A DNA stretch of 64,000 bases. Origin: Candidatus Sericytochromatia bacterium (GTDB taxonomy: Bacteria > Cyanobacteriota > Sericytochromatia > S15B-MN24 > VGJW01). This document shows, one piece after another, positions 23,083 through 31,983 of this stretch (positions are counted from its first letter, which is position 1; each line of letters starts with the position of its first letter). The stretch lies in NCBI GenBank assembly GCA_035285865.1, contig JAYKHS010000011.1, positions 128,172-192,171 of the forward strand, in the 5' to 3' direction. The notes under the pieces are model-generated. The model saw only the letters and a list, made by a program, of their open reading frames with translations. It was not told the DNA's origin and searched no databases. The position numbers and the translations under genes were made by a program.

Positions 23083-24525
23083 TCAGATCCTCTGCAGTCT
23101 GGCTTCGGTCCACCGGGCAAGCAGGGCGGCCGGGTAGCTTATGGCGAGATAGAGGGCCGCCGTCAGGAGACCCAGACTGATGTAGTCGTAGGTTACGGAA
23201 GCCAGCATCCCGTAGCTCTTCGTCAACTCCACCAGCGTAATGACGGAAACCAGCGAACTGTCCTTGAACAACGCGATGAAGTCGTTGGTCACGGGGGGGA
23301 TGGTCACCCTCAGGGATTGGGGCAGGATGACGTGCCGAAGCGACTGCCATCGCGACATGCCGAGCGCGGCGCAAGCTTCGTGCTGGCCCTTCGGCACAGC
23401 CTGCAGACCGGCACGGTAGTTCTCTGCCTCGTTGGCTGCGTAGTTGAGGCCTAGCCCGAGGACACCGGCGACGAAGGCGTCGAGCTCGACACCCAGCTTG
23501 GGCAAGGCGTAGTACAGCATGTACAGCTGGATGAGCAGCGGAGTGCCCCGGACGATCTCGACATAACCGGTAGCGAACCACCGTACGGGTGCCGGACCGA
23601 ACACCCTGCCGAGCGCGAGCAACATGCCGACGGCCATGGCGAGGACCATCGCGGCCAAAGAGATGCGACAGGTCATCCACGCACCCTGAAGGAGAACGGG
23701 CAGATGTTCGAAAAGCCCCGGTCCATCCTGACGGGCAATGGGCTGTACGTCCCGATAGGTGGAAAGTTTCTCCTGCAGCGGATTCCATAGCCGCCAGCGA
23801 CGCAAGATACGCTCCAGGCTGCCATCCTCGATCATGGAGCCAATGGCCCGGTCCAGCTCGCGCTTCAGCTCCTCATCCCCCTTGCGCAGCGCCAGGCCAT
23901 AGAAGCCGAGGCCGCGAGTAGGCTCAATGAATCGGACCCGGGGATTGCGCGAGGCGTAAAAGTCGGCCACGGGCTGGTCGATGTAGACGGCGTCCAGCCT
24001 GCCGATCGCGAGGTCTTCATAGACCGCGAACATGTCGGTGTAGTGCTTGATGTCTACCTTGCCTAGCTTCTCGAGCTCTCGGTGCGCCGCCGAACTCGTG
24101 ATGGTCCCGACCTTGAGACCGCGCACGTCCTCGAAGACCTGGACCCGTTCGTCGCCCCGACGAACCGCGATGCGCTGCTGGTAGACGCAGTACGGGCGGG
24201 TAAAGAGGGCACCGCGTTGATGGTCTTCGGTAATCTCGATGCCGGCCATCGCCACATCTATGGTGTTGCGGGCAAGGGCCGGTATCAGGCTGTCCCAGTT
24301 GACTTGAACGGGCAGGAACGGCCGCCCCACGCGCTTGCCAAGCTCATCGGCAATCTCGCGTTCGAAGCCGATGATGCGGGCAGGATTCTTCGGGTCCGCG
24401 TAGCCGTAGGGCGCTCCACCCTCGAGGTCGAGGCCCCAACGCAATTGCTCGGCAGCCGGCGCCGGCGCCGCCGAGGCAAGCCAAAGCAGGGCAAGGAAGA
24501 GCAAGTCGAGCCAACGTAGGCGCAC
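23083..24525 (-). CDS. amino acid ABC transporter, fused substrate-binding protein plus permease
   Basis: Family-3 SBP domain (APY, GFEREIA) followed by a HisM-like permease (RGTPLLIQL, ILPQS, LFKDSSL). GTG at 24525. Confidence 0.92.
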   Translation of the reverse strand: MRLRWLDLLFLALLWLASAAPAPAAEQLRWGLDLEGGAPYGYADPKNPARIIGFEREIADELGKRVGRPFLPVQVNWDSLIPALARNTIDVAMAGIEITEDHQRGALFTRPYCVYQQRIAVRRGDERVQVFEDVRGLKVGTITSSAAHRELEKLGKVDIKHYTDMFAVYEDLAIGRLDAVYIDQPVADFYASRNPRVRFIEPTRGLGFYGLALRKGDEELKRELDRAIGSMIEDGSLERILRRWRLWNPLQEKLSTYRDVQPIARQDGPGLFEHLPVLLQGAWMTCRISLAAMVLAMAVGMLLALGRVFGPAPVRWFATGYVEIVRGTPLLIQLYMLYYALPKLGVELDAFVAGVLGLGLNYAANEAENYRAGLQAVPKGQHEACAALGMSRWQSLRHVILPQSLRVTIPPVTNDFIALFKDSSLVSVITLVELTKSYGMLASVTYDYISLGLLTAALYLAISYPAALLARWTEARLQRI

Positions 24526-24635
24526 GGCGTCCCCCCAAGGATGACGCGCCATCGTACCAAGCCAGGCAGCCATTGCAAGTACCGACGGCGCAGGACAAGT
24601 TCCTGCAGTACTGATGCGTGGTTCGGAGGCTGGTG

Positions 24636-26018
24636 ATGTTGCGATGGCGGCCCGTCCTCTCGCTCATGCTGCTTGGTTGCGGTGCCACGGGCTGGACCGC
24701 TCCAACGGCGATCCCGGCGGCTGATCCACCGGTCATGGTGGTCCTCGGCCCGCAGGGCGCACACGTGACGATGGTACGGCGTCTCGCCTTTCCGGAAGGC
24801 CAGACCCATGCCGTGCTCGGTGGCCTGCCGCCGGGCCTCGAAGGCGGCAGCCTGTCCCTCGAAGGAGTACCCGACCTTGCCGAGATGCGCGTCCGTCCGC
24901 ACGCCGGGGACACGGCGAGCCTCGTGGCCGATGCCCACGGCAGCGAAGTCCTCGTGGAAACTCATCCAGGGGCCTCGCCCCGACCCGTTCGAATCGGCGG
25001 CCATCCGGAGCGTCCGCTCTACAAGATGGGAGAGGTCTGGTACGCGGAACTCCCGGGGAAGCTGGCATTGCCGTCTCTTCCGGCCGCAGCCGAGGGTACG
25101 CGGATCGACATTGGGCGCAAGGGCGGTGCGCCCCCTTGGCAGGGTCTTGCGACACTTCGCTTTCTCGATGGCCGGAGCCACTGGCGTTCGGACACCCGCA
25201 TCGTGCTTGATGCCACGGCGCGCCGGGCCGACCTCGAGAACTGGGCGCTCGTGCAGTGGGCTGCCGGCGGGTACGGCAACAGCGTAGGCCTCGACCTCGT
25301 CGTCCAGCCTCTTCGTCAGGGTCCCGGATGGGAGCTGCGGAGCCTCGCGGCCGACGCCATGGCACCCGCCCTGCAGGCGGAATCCGGCCTCTGGCGCTGG
25401 CGAGCGCCCGGTCCGGTTGACTCGGGAAGGAGCGGCCTTGTCCGCCTCCTATTGAGTACCAGAAGCGGTGTACCAGCGCGACTGGAGCAGGTATTCAGGC
25501 TCTCCGTGCCGTGGAATCCGTGGCAGGATGACACCCCGCATCGCGCAGAAACCGAATTGAAGTTGGGCACGGATGGGGGAACAGGCCTGAACTGTCCCCC
25601 AGGACGCTGGCAGGTCAGTCGTCGGGACGCCACAGGCCGCCCCATGCCCGTGGCACAAGGCCAGTCATCAGGTGCGCCCGTGGATGCCCGGCTCAGCCTG
25701 GGACTCGGTCAATCCCTCGACACCCTGGCAAGGCTGGTCCAGAAGCGCTGCACCGACGACGAGAAGGGTTACAGGCAGGTCGCCCTCGAGGTGCGATTGA
25801 CCCACGCAGGCAACGAACCGGCTACGGTTCACCTCTCGCTGCGGCCGGATGCGCCATGGAGGTGGCTCGCGGGCACGCCGTCGCCCGACCTGACCGGAAC
25901 GACGGAACTGGCGTGGACGTTGACCATGCCTCCCGGCAGCACGCGGTCGATCGAGGTGGAGATGACGCGCGTTGCCTCCGTCAGCCGTGTCGCCGAACCG
26001 GGACCCGGACCACAGTAA
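24636..26018 (+). CDS. DUF4139-like exported protein, probable lipoprotein
   Basis: GGAGG plus ATG at 24636, LLGC. N-terminal AHVTMVRRLAFPEG..GLP and C-terminal WTLTMPPG resemble DUF4140/DUF4139; divergent. Confidence 0.6.
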   Translation: MLRWRPVLSLMLLGCGATGWTAPTAIPAADPPVMVVLGPQGAHVTMVRRLAFPEGQTHAVLGGLPPGLEGGSLSLEGVPDLAEMRVRPHAGDTASLVADAHGSEVLVETHPGASPRPVRIGGHPERPLYKMGEVWYAELPGKLALPSLPAAAEGTRIDIGRKGGAPPWQGLATLRFLDGRSHWRSDTRIVLDATARRADLENWALVQWAAGGYGNSVGLDLVVQPLRQGPGWELRSLAADAMAPALQAESGLWRWRAPGPVDSGRSGLVRLLLSTRSGVPARLEQVFRLSVPWNPWQDDTPHRAETELKLGTDGGTGLNCPPGRWQVSRRDATGRPMPVAQGQSSGAPVDARLSLGLGQSLDTLARLVQKRCTDDEKGYRQVALEVRLTHAGNEPATVHLSLRPDAPWRWLAGTPSPDLTGTTELAWTLTMPPGSTRSIEVEMTRVASVSRVAEPGPGPQ

Positions 26019-26457
26019 TGCCGGAACGCGCGAATTTCAGGCGCAGACGCAGGAATTCGCCAGCACGCAAAGGGTGAACAGGGCCCATGAGCATCAGATG
26101 CAAGCCGTCCGGACTCAGCCTTACGGAATCTCGTGCGGGTATCCTGAGGCCGTCGACGGGGTTCATCAAGGCCCCTCCCCGGGGGCCTCGTCCTGCTGCG
26201 TGCACCCGCACCGCACGCACGCCCTCGGCCGACGCAGAGATCAACCGATCGGGCGCTCCGGAGCCCGTGATGCGCCCGTAGGCAGCAAGCACCTCGACTC
26301 CGGGCGGAGATTCGGCAATCCAGAGATCGACGCGAGGCCGAGCGACCGGGTCGGCACGTCCCGTGCCATCGGCAGATACCGACGCATCGACCGCCCACCC
26401 TGGGACCAGGCCGCCGAGAAAGAGGCACAGGCCAAGGCTGGAGATCAAGGTGCGCAC
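25981..26457 (-). CDS. PCu(A)C family periplasmic copper chaperone
   Basis: Signal peptide, AAY..DRLISAS, copper motif H-X11-M-X21-H-L-M. Confidence 0.88.
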   Translation of the reverse strand: MRTLISSLGLCLFLGGLVPGWAVDASVSADGTGRADPVARPRVDLWIAESPPGVEVLAAYGRITGSGAPDRLISASAEGVRAVRVHAAGRGPRGGALMNPVDGLRIPARDSVRLSPDGLHLMLMGPVHPLRAGEFLRLRLKFARSGITVVRVPVRRHG

Positions 26458-26466
26458 GTGTACATG

Positions 26467-27036
26467 CTACCCGCCGAGGGCCCGCGCGAGTTCGCCGCGA
26501 ACGAAAGGCGGGGAGAGATGGCCCCGCAGGCGACCCCGCGGATCAATCAGGAACACGTCAAGGGAGTGCTCGATCTCGCCGCCGCCCTCGGCTGCAGGGG
26601 CAAAGGCCGCACCGAACGCCTTGCAAACCGCTTGCAAGTCATCGGGATCCGCAATCCGGACCCCGAGAAATGCAGGATGGAAGTAGGCAACATATGAAGC
26701 GAGTTGCCGCGTCGCGTCCCGATCGGGATCCACGGTCACCATGACAACCTGGACGCGGTCGCCTCTGTTCCCGAGAGCGCGCACCTCCCTCGCAAGGTCC
26801 GAGAGTGCCGTCGGACAGGCCGTGGGGCACCCGCGGTAGCCGAAGTAGACGAGTCCCCACCTGCCGGCCAATCGCTCCCACGTGAACGGACGGCCATCCG
26901 AAGCCGCCATCGCGACATCGGGGAGTTCCGACAGCCGCACGGACCACCACGCCCCGGTGAGACCCACGGCCAGTACCGACAGCAGGGCTGCCAGCAAGGA
27001 CCGGGGTCCAAACCGAAGGCGTGGTCGTCCGCGCAC
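26467..27036 (-). CDS. SCO1/SenC family copper chaperone
   Basis: N-terminal TM, YFGYRGCPTACP, VTVDPDRD, conserved His in IEHS. Confidence 0.92.
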   Translation of the reverse strand: MRGRPRLRFGPRSLLAALLSVLAVGLTGAWWSVRLSELPDVAMAASDGRPFTWERLAGRWGLVYFGYRGCPTACPTALSDLAREVRALGNRGDRVQVVMVTVDPDRDATRQLASYVAYFHPAFLGVRIADPDDLQAVCKAFGAAFAPAAEGGGEIEHSLDVFLIDPRGRLRGHLSPPFVRGELARALGG

Positions 27037-27043
27037 GAAACGG

Positions 27044-28333
27044 CTACTTGACCAGAGTCCGGTCGATCACGGAGATGCTGCTTTCGGTAATGTTCGAGAC
27101 GAATGCCCGTGTTGCCGTGAAAGCGGCCTTGTGGTGCCCGACACCCACCTCAATGACATGCAGCACCTTGAAAGACACGGAGTCGATCACCGTGACCGAG
27201 GCGTCTCCATCGCCCATGACCCATATCTGATCCGGGCCACCGGCTTCAGGAGAAGGTACCCTGTAGACATGGACGGGCGAGGCTGGCTTTTCGTCCAGCC
27301 TGCGGCCAACCAGGACATGGGTCAGGATCTGGCCGCTCGCCAGATCGACGACAGCCACTCGGTCCGCTCCCTTGCAGGTGACAAAAGCCCTGGCCTTGTC
27401 AGCCGTCAGGACGGAATCCGTAGGGGTGGACAGGGTCGTGGCCTTGTTGACCACCATCCGGCCTTCGGGGTCATAGACCACGATGGTGTTGCTGGTCTTG
27501 TTGCCGAATACCAACCGATCCTTGCCGCCGACCAGACCCATCTCGATGGGGCCCGGCTCGTTGCCCTCCTTCAGGATGGTCTTGTCTCCCACGGGGGTGC
27601 CATCGGCAGGGGAGAGCGCCGATACGACGACGGCATGGTCGGGACCGCTGGGCGCCGCGACGAAGGCCTTGCCCACGGCAATGAAGCCCCCCGCACTGCC
27701 GGTTCCGACCGGAGCAAGGTCGAAGGAGGCCGTGGCAGGACTTGCGGCGAAATCCGTCACGCCCGCAACCGAGGGCCAGCGCACCCAGAAGACGCTTGCC
27801 GGCACGGCGGACTGCTGGAGAAGCGCCGTGCGATCATCCCACCACCCCACCCGGGAGCCGGGCTTGCCCTGCATCGGGATGAAGGCGACCTGATCCCGGG
27901 TCGTCGGGGACACGATCCGCATGCCTTTGGTGGCGCCATCGAGGGCAATGGCGACGCGGTGCCGAGGATCGGCCTTGGTGTAGCTGGGACTCGCCGAAAC
28001 CGTGGCACCGGGTGCCCCCGGGAAGATGGCCGCGAAGTCCAGAGTCTTCAGGACGGCCTTGATTCCGGCATCCGGCAACGTGGCGTCGAATTGCGGATCG
28101 ATGATCTCCAGCTTTCCTGCGGAAGGATTCGCATTGAAAACGAGGCCTTCGGCCACATCGATGCCGTGGGGCCCCTTGGCCGTAGGGATCGTGGCGATCG
28201 GCCGGAGTGCCGGTGCCCCGGATGTGGTGACCGTATTGATCGTGGTGTTGCCGGAAGTGCCGGTAGACGGGGTGCTGCACGCTGTCAGGATGGCAGCAAG
28301 CAGAGCAGTGGAAGTATGCGAGGACTGTCGCAT
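27044..28333 (-). CDS. YncE/YVTN-type beta-propeller lipoprotein
   Basis: LTAC lipobox; blade repeats GPHGIDV..VFNAN, NTIVVYD, AFVTCKGADRVAVVD, SVTVID, AFVSN..SISVID. Confidence 0.8.
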   Translation of the reverse strand: MRQSSHTSTALLAAILTACSTPSTGTSGNTTINTVTTSGAPALRPIATIPTAKGPHGIDVAEGLVFNANPSAGKLEIIDPQFDATLPDAGIKAVLKTLDFAAIFPGAPGATVSASPSYTKADPRHRVAIALDGATKGMRIVSPTTRDQVAFIPMQGKPGSRVGWWDDRTALLQQSAVPASVFWVRWPSVAGVTDFAASPATASFDLAPVGTGSAGGFIAVGKAFVAAPSGPDHAVVVSALSPADGTPVGDKTILKEGNEPGPIEMGLVGGKDRLVFGNKTSNTIVVYDPEGRMVVNKATTLSTPTDSVLTADKARAFVTCKGADRVAVVDLASGQILTHVLVGRRLDEKPASPVHVYRVPSPEAGGPDQIWVMGDGDASVTVIDSVSFKVLHVIEVGVGHHKAAFTATRAFVSNITESSISVIDRTLVK

Positions 28334-28359
28334 GGATTAGGAACCGATGCCTCCATGTA

Positions 28360-28385
28360 GCCTTGTCGGAACATTCCGACGAGGC
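28360..28385 (-). promoter_or_regulatory. intergenic stem-loop between the leader ORF and the beta-propeller gene
   Basis: Minus-strand RNA GCCUCGUCGGA-AUGU-UCCGACAAGGC (11 bp, one mismatch), 5 nt before GGAGG. Confidence 0.55.
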
Positions 28386-28403
28386 AGGGGTGAACGCGCT
28401 GAA

Positions 28404-28751
28404 TCAGGCGTTCGCGCGGCGCGGAGGCGGAATCGGCGGCCCCGGGGCCTGTTGGCTCGGCAGGTTCCTTAAACCGACCTGGGGCAACTGGGCAGGGCGT
28501 GCTTGCCTGACAGGCACGCACGCCGACCCGGGCATCGAGGCCTCCTCAAGAACCGGGGCCTCAGTGGACAGGCCCGTACCAGGGCTACCAGACTCCTCCA
28601 GCCTGTCCGGAGAGGCGCCACGCGCCCACGAGCAGGGATGAGCCAGGCCCTGGTGCAGGCAGACGCGGGTACAAGCGGCATCGGCGTTGCGCACGCCCAA
28701 CAGGACCACCACGAGTGACAGGATGCTGAGGAAGCGCAGCAGCACCCTCAC
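28404..28751 (-). CDS. 115-aa exported Cys/His, Pro-tailed leader protein (CutF/DUF2946-like)
   Basis: GTG overlaps the desaturase TGA (GTGA) with a GGGGG RBS. Signal peptide ending NADA, then CTRVC (CxxxC) with nearby His/Cys; C-terminus APGPPIPPPRRANA. Confidence 0.7.
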   Translation of the reverse strand: MRVLLRFLSILSLVVVLLGVRNADAACTRVCLHQGLAHPCSWARGASPDRLEESGSPGTGLSTEAPVLEEASMPGSACVPVRQARPAQLPQVGLRNLPSQQAPGPPIPPPRRANA

Positions 28752-29782
28752 GCCCCCTGCCTCCCGATCCGTACCACCGCGCGCGCGGAGCCCAAATAGC
28801 CACGTTCGGGAGCATCCTCGAAGCCGGCTTCGGCAAGGCGTGCGGCGATGCGGCGGTGGCCCTCCTCGAGGGCATACCACGGTACGAACGCAAAGGCATG
28901 ATGAATCGAGTGATAGTTCAGATAGTTGAAGAATCGCGCCATCAGGGGATGGGTCGCGACATTGCGGCAGCCGGCCCACTGGGTGTCGAAGAATGTCGGA
29001 CCTGCACCCCAGAGGCCGTCGTGCTCGATCTGGCCGCGGAACTGCATGATCGCGCCTACCACCCGTTCGAGAACGAACCACGTCAGGGCCCACGAAAGGG
29101 CCATCTCGAGGCCACGCCCACCCAGCATGTGCTCTCCGGCCCACCAAGATCCCGCGTACAAGGCCGCTTGAGTTGCCAGAATCCCCACCAAGTCGATCGC
29201 GAGCGCCGCGCGCATCTTCGGGTCCTCGTCCCGCAGGACGTAGGCGTGACGCGCCATCTCGAGAATGAGCCCGATGCCGCCCTCGAGGAACATCCGCACC
29301 CATAGGCGATGGCGCAGGCGCAGCCGCCCGAGGGGACCCGCGGCCGCCCAGTCCTCGGGAAGAGGTTCGATGCGTTCCGGATCACGCGTATCCGTACCGT
29401 TCCACTTGTGGTGGAGCAGGTGCAGACGGCCATAGGTCAGGTGAGGCCAGAAGAGGGGCCAGGACAGGACGGGCGGCAGGCCTTCGTCTATCCAGCGAAT
29501 GCCGGTCAGCGTCCGATGGATGGCATCGTGCGTCAGGATCATGGCCGAGGCCACCCAGAATGCCAGCAGCATCAAGGCCACGCCCTGCAGCAAGGGCTCC
29601 CGGAGCACGGCACCCGTCGCCACGGCAACCGCCAGGAGCACCATCACCAGGCCACGGAAGGCGATCTGGACGAGCCCGGGACCCGGACGCACGGTGGCCA
29701 GGTCCCGGACCAGAGCGGCAAGCTCGGCCACGGGCACGGCCCGGGAGTAGGCCGGTACCTCTCGTGACGCGGCTGACTGCAT
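28748..29782 (-). CDS. membrane fatty acid desaturase family protein
   Basis: Three His boxes HDAIH, HLLHH and HSIHH, with TM segments. Confidence 0.9.
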   Translation of the reverse strand: MQSAASREVPAYSRAVPVAELAALVRDLATVRPGPGLVQIAFRGLVMVLLAVAVATGAVLREPLLQGVALMLLAFWVASAMILTHDAIHRTLTGIRWIDEGLPPVLSWPLFWPHLTYGRLHLLHHKWNGTDTRDPERIEPLPEDWAAAGPLGRLRLRHRLWVRMFLEGGIGLILEMARHAYVLRDEDPKMRAALAIDLVGILATQAALYAGSWWAGEHMLGGRGLEMALSWALTWFVLERVVGAIMQFRGQIEHDGLWGAGPTFFDTQWAGCRNVATHPLMARFFNYLNYHSIHHAFAFVPWYALEEGHRRIAARLAEAGFEDAPERGYLGSARAVVRIGRQGA

Positions 29783-29849
29783 GGTTTCATCATGCCCCGG
29801 ATGGACCAAGGCTTTCAACCCCGATGACTCTGGACGAGGCCCGGAACCC

Positions 29850-30455
29850 TTGAATGAACAGGCCGTGGCGGATGCCTTCCGGGCGGGGCTTGGCATCCCG
29901 CTGGCCATGGCCTGGTCAGCGGATGCCGCACAAGGCCCCGAATGGAAGGGTAATCCGAATGCCCACGCCAGACGCATCTCCGCGTGGAGACGCGGCCGCA
30001 AGGCCCTCGGTGAGGTCATGGGGCAACTGGGTCGCAAGGAGGACCCGACGCGCTGGGCAGCACCGGGGCCCGGTCTGTCTCTCGCGCACACCGAGGACTG
30101 GGCGGTCGCCGTCGGGCGATTGGACGGCGGTCTCGTAGGCATTGATCTGGAGAATGTGGACCGTGAGGTCTCGCTCGGAGCCCTGCTGCGCCTCGGCATC
30201 GGCCCGGAGGTTTCGGGTGCTGAAGTGGTGGTGGCGCGCCTGGTGCTCTGGACGGCACTCGAAGCCGTGCACAAGGCCAGATGCGTCGAGGGTGGCCTTA
30301 TTCCCGGGCAGATCAGGCTGTTGCCCGAGGGGCCCGGGCACGGACGCGCCGAGGCTGACGGAAAGGACTACAGGTGGCTGGCGCTGCAGACCGAACGAGG
30401 CTTGGTCACAATCGCTGCCCCGATGGCTGATTCCGTGGAACGGCCCGCCACATGA
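29850..30455 (+). CDS. 4'-phosphopantetheinyl transferase superfamily protein
   Basis: SLAHT, VGIDLE, WTALEAVHKA motifs. TTG start with GAGG (uncertain). Confidence 0.75.
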   Translation: MNEQAVADAFRAGLGIPLAMAWSADAAQGPEWKGNPNAHARRISAWRRGRKALGEVMGQLGRKEDPTRWAAPGPGLSLAHTEDWAVAVGRLDGGLVGIDLENVDREVSLGALLRLGIGPEVSGAEVVVARLVLWTALEAVHKARCVEGGLIPGQIRLLPEGPGHGRAEADGKDYRWLALQTERGLVTIAAPMADSVERPAT

Positions 30456-30912
30456 CTACGTGGGGAAGTCCGACCAGCGTGAATGAGGCGCCGTGGGCCG
30501 TCCAACCTTCCCGCAGATAGAACTCCAGAGCGGCCATCCGGGCGTTGCACCAGACCATGCTGATACCTGCCTCAGCCAGTCGGGCATCCAACTCCCCGAG
30601 CAGCATTCGGCCAATGCCACGGGAACGCCAGTCGGGGGCAACGGCCATGCCGCGCAACTGACACGGCGCACCGGGCAACTCGGGATGCGAATTGGGCACG
30701 ACCGTACAGCAGCCGACCAGATTTCCTCCGTACCGGGCAACGAGGTGCAGGGCGCGCGGGTCGTCGTCCTCGCGGTAGACGCTGTCCTGCTCCGGGCGCC
30801 CGGGCCGCAGGACGGCATGGCGAAGGGGCCTTATCGTCGCAGCGTCCGTGCGCACGACCTCCACCCGATCCCGCAGGCTGAATTCCTGCTCGACTCCGGA
30901 TTCGTTCGCCAT
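30406..30912 (-). CDS. GNAT family N-acetyltransferase
   Basis: LRHAVLRPG, QLRGMAV..RSRGIG, WCNAR..FY. Confidence 0.9.
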   Translation of the reverse strand: MANESGVEQEFSLRDRVEVVRTDAATIRPLRHAVLRPGRPEQDSVYREDDDPRALHLVARYGGNLVGCCTVVPNSHPELPGAPCQLRGMAVAPDWRSRGIGRMLLGELDARLAEAGISMVWCNARMAALEFYLREGWTAHGASFTLVGLPHVVMWRAVPRNQPSGQRL

Positions 30913-30918
30913 GCGGAG

Positions 30919-31809
30919 TCAACCGAAGGACGGAACCGAGGGCGTCGGCTCCACGGGGATATCCGGAGCAGGGGGCAATTCGGGAACTCCTGAAGGAGCA
31001 ACGGACGGCAGTTGTCCCGGTGATGCCGATGGTGAGGGAACGGTTTGTGGAGGACTCGCCACTCCGCCTTGCATCGGCACCGGCAGGAGGGCATCGAAGG
31101 CCGCCCTGAGCGCCTCCTGCTCCGAGCGGATCCGCTCCAGCTCCTCCGTGACGTCCGCAAAAGTTCTCAAGGCATCCAGGGCCAAGGCATCCGCCTCGTC
31201 TTCGAGGTCCAGCGTCAGGCGGCGAAAAGCCTCCGCCGAAGCGTCATCGAGCACCTGCCCCTGGCCGAAGGTCTTCCGGAACCCGGCCGTTGCAAGGGTG
31301 GTCTCGAAGTTGACGGGCTGGTTCTCTCGATCGAAAACCAGACTTTCAAGGACAAGCAGACGCTCGCCGACCGTCACGACGGTGCGCAATGCGACCGGCT
31401 TGGAACCTGGGGCCACGACCGTGAAAAAGCCACGAGCATCCGTGGTCTTAACGAGCGTCCGTCCATCCTGAAGCGTCACCTCCACTTCGGCTCCGGCCAC
31501 CGGCAGGTCCGCCTCCTCGACTGCCTGCGCGAGCAGACGACGACCACTGCCTCGTTGCTGCAGGCTGCCCGAGCCATTGGCCACCAGGGAACCTTCGGCG
31601 TTGACGAGAATCCCTGCTCCGGACTGCTCCCGAACCCTTCTCTGGACCAGAACGCGCCCCGTCCACGCATCCACGGACACGGGCACAGGAGTGGGCGCGG
31701 AGAACGCTGCGGAATCCTGCAGAAGCACGACCGCGCCGCTCGGCGCGCCATCCGTCCGGACGCACCCGCAGACCAGAAGCAGAAGGCACATCACCGAACA
31801 GAATCGCAC
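30919..31809 (-). CDS. hypothetical lipoprotein with Pro/Ser-rich tail
   Basis: 3' part of the 931-aa track ORF. LVCGC lipobox, PVAGAEV..TTDARGFF beta-sandwich motif. Confidence 0.6.
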   Translation of the reverse strand: MRFCSVMCLLLLVCGCVRTDGAPSGAVVLLQDSAAFSAPTPVPVSVDAWTGRVLVQRRVREQSGAGILVNAEGSLVANGSGSLQQRGSGRRLLAQAVEEADLPVAGAEVEVTLQDGRTLVKTTDARGFFTVVAPGSKPVALRTVVTVGERLLVLESLVFDRENQPVNFETTLATAGFRKTFGQGQVLDDASAEAFRRLTLDLEDEADALALDALRTFADVTEELERIRSEQEALRAAFDALLPVPMQGGVASPPQTVPSPSASPGQLPSVAPSGVPELPPAPDIPVEPTPSVPSFG

Positions 31810-31983
31810 GACGCTTACCCCCTGCCGCAGACCCTCTTGTCCGTGCATACCCCGTGAGCCGAGACGGCGACGACAAGAGACCGCGATGATTGCCCCTTGT
31901 TTTTCCGCAATTTTAACAAGTTCTTCACCTTTGCCCACGATGAATCCCTTGGCCGTGACAACCCCCACCCCGGAGGTCCTTCC

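Noticed and set aside
31915..31945. Sigma28-like promoters (CGAT core) here and upstream of the ORFs at 48493 and 54523
   Set aside because: The -35 elements and spacing are inconsistent among the three sites; not supportable by eye.
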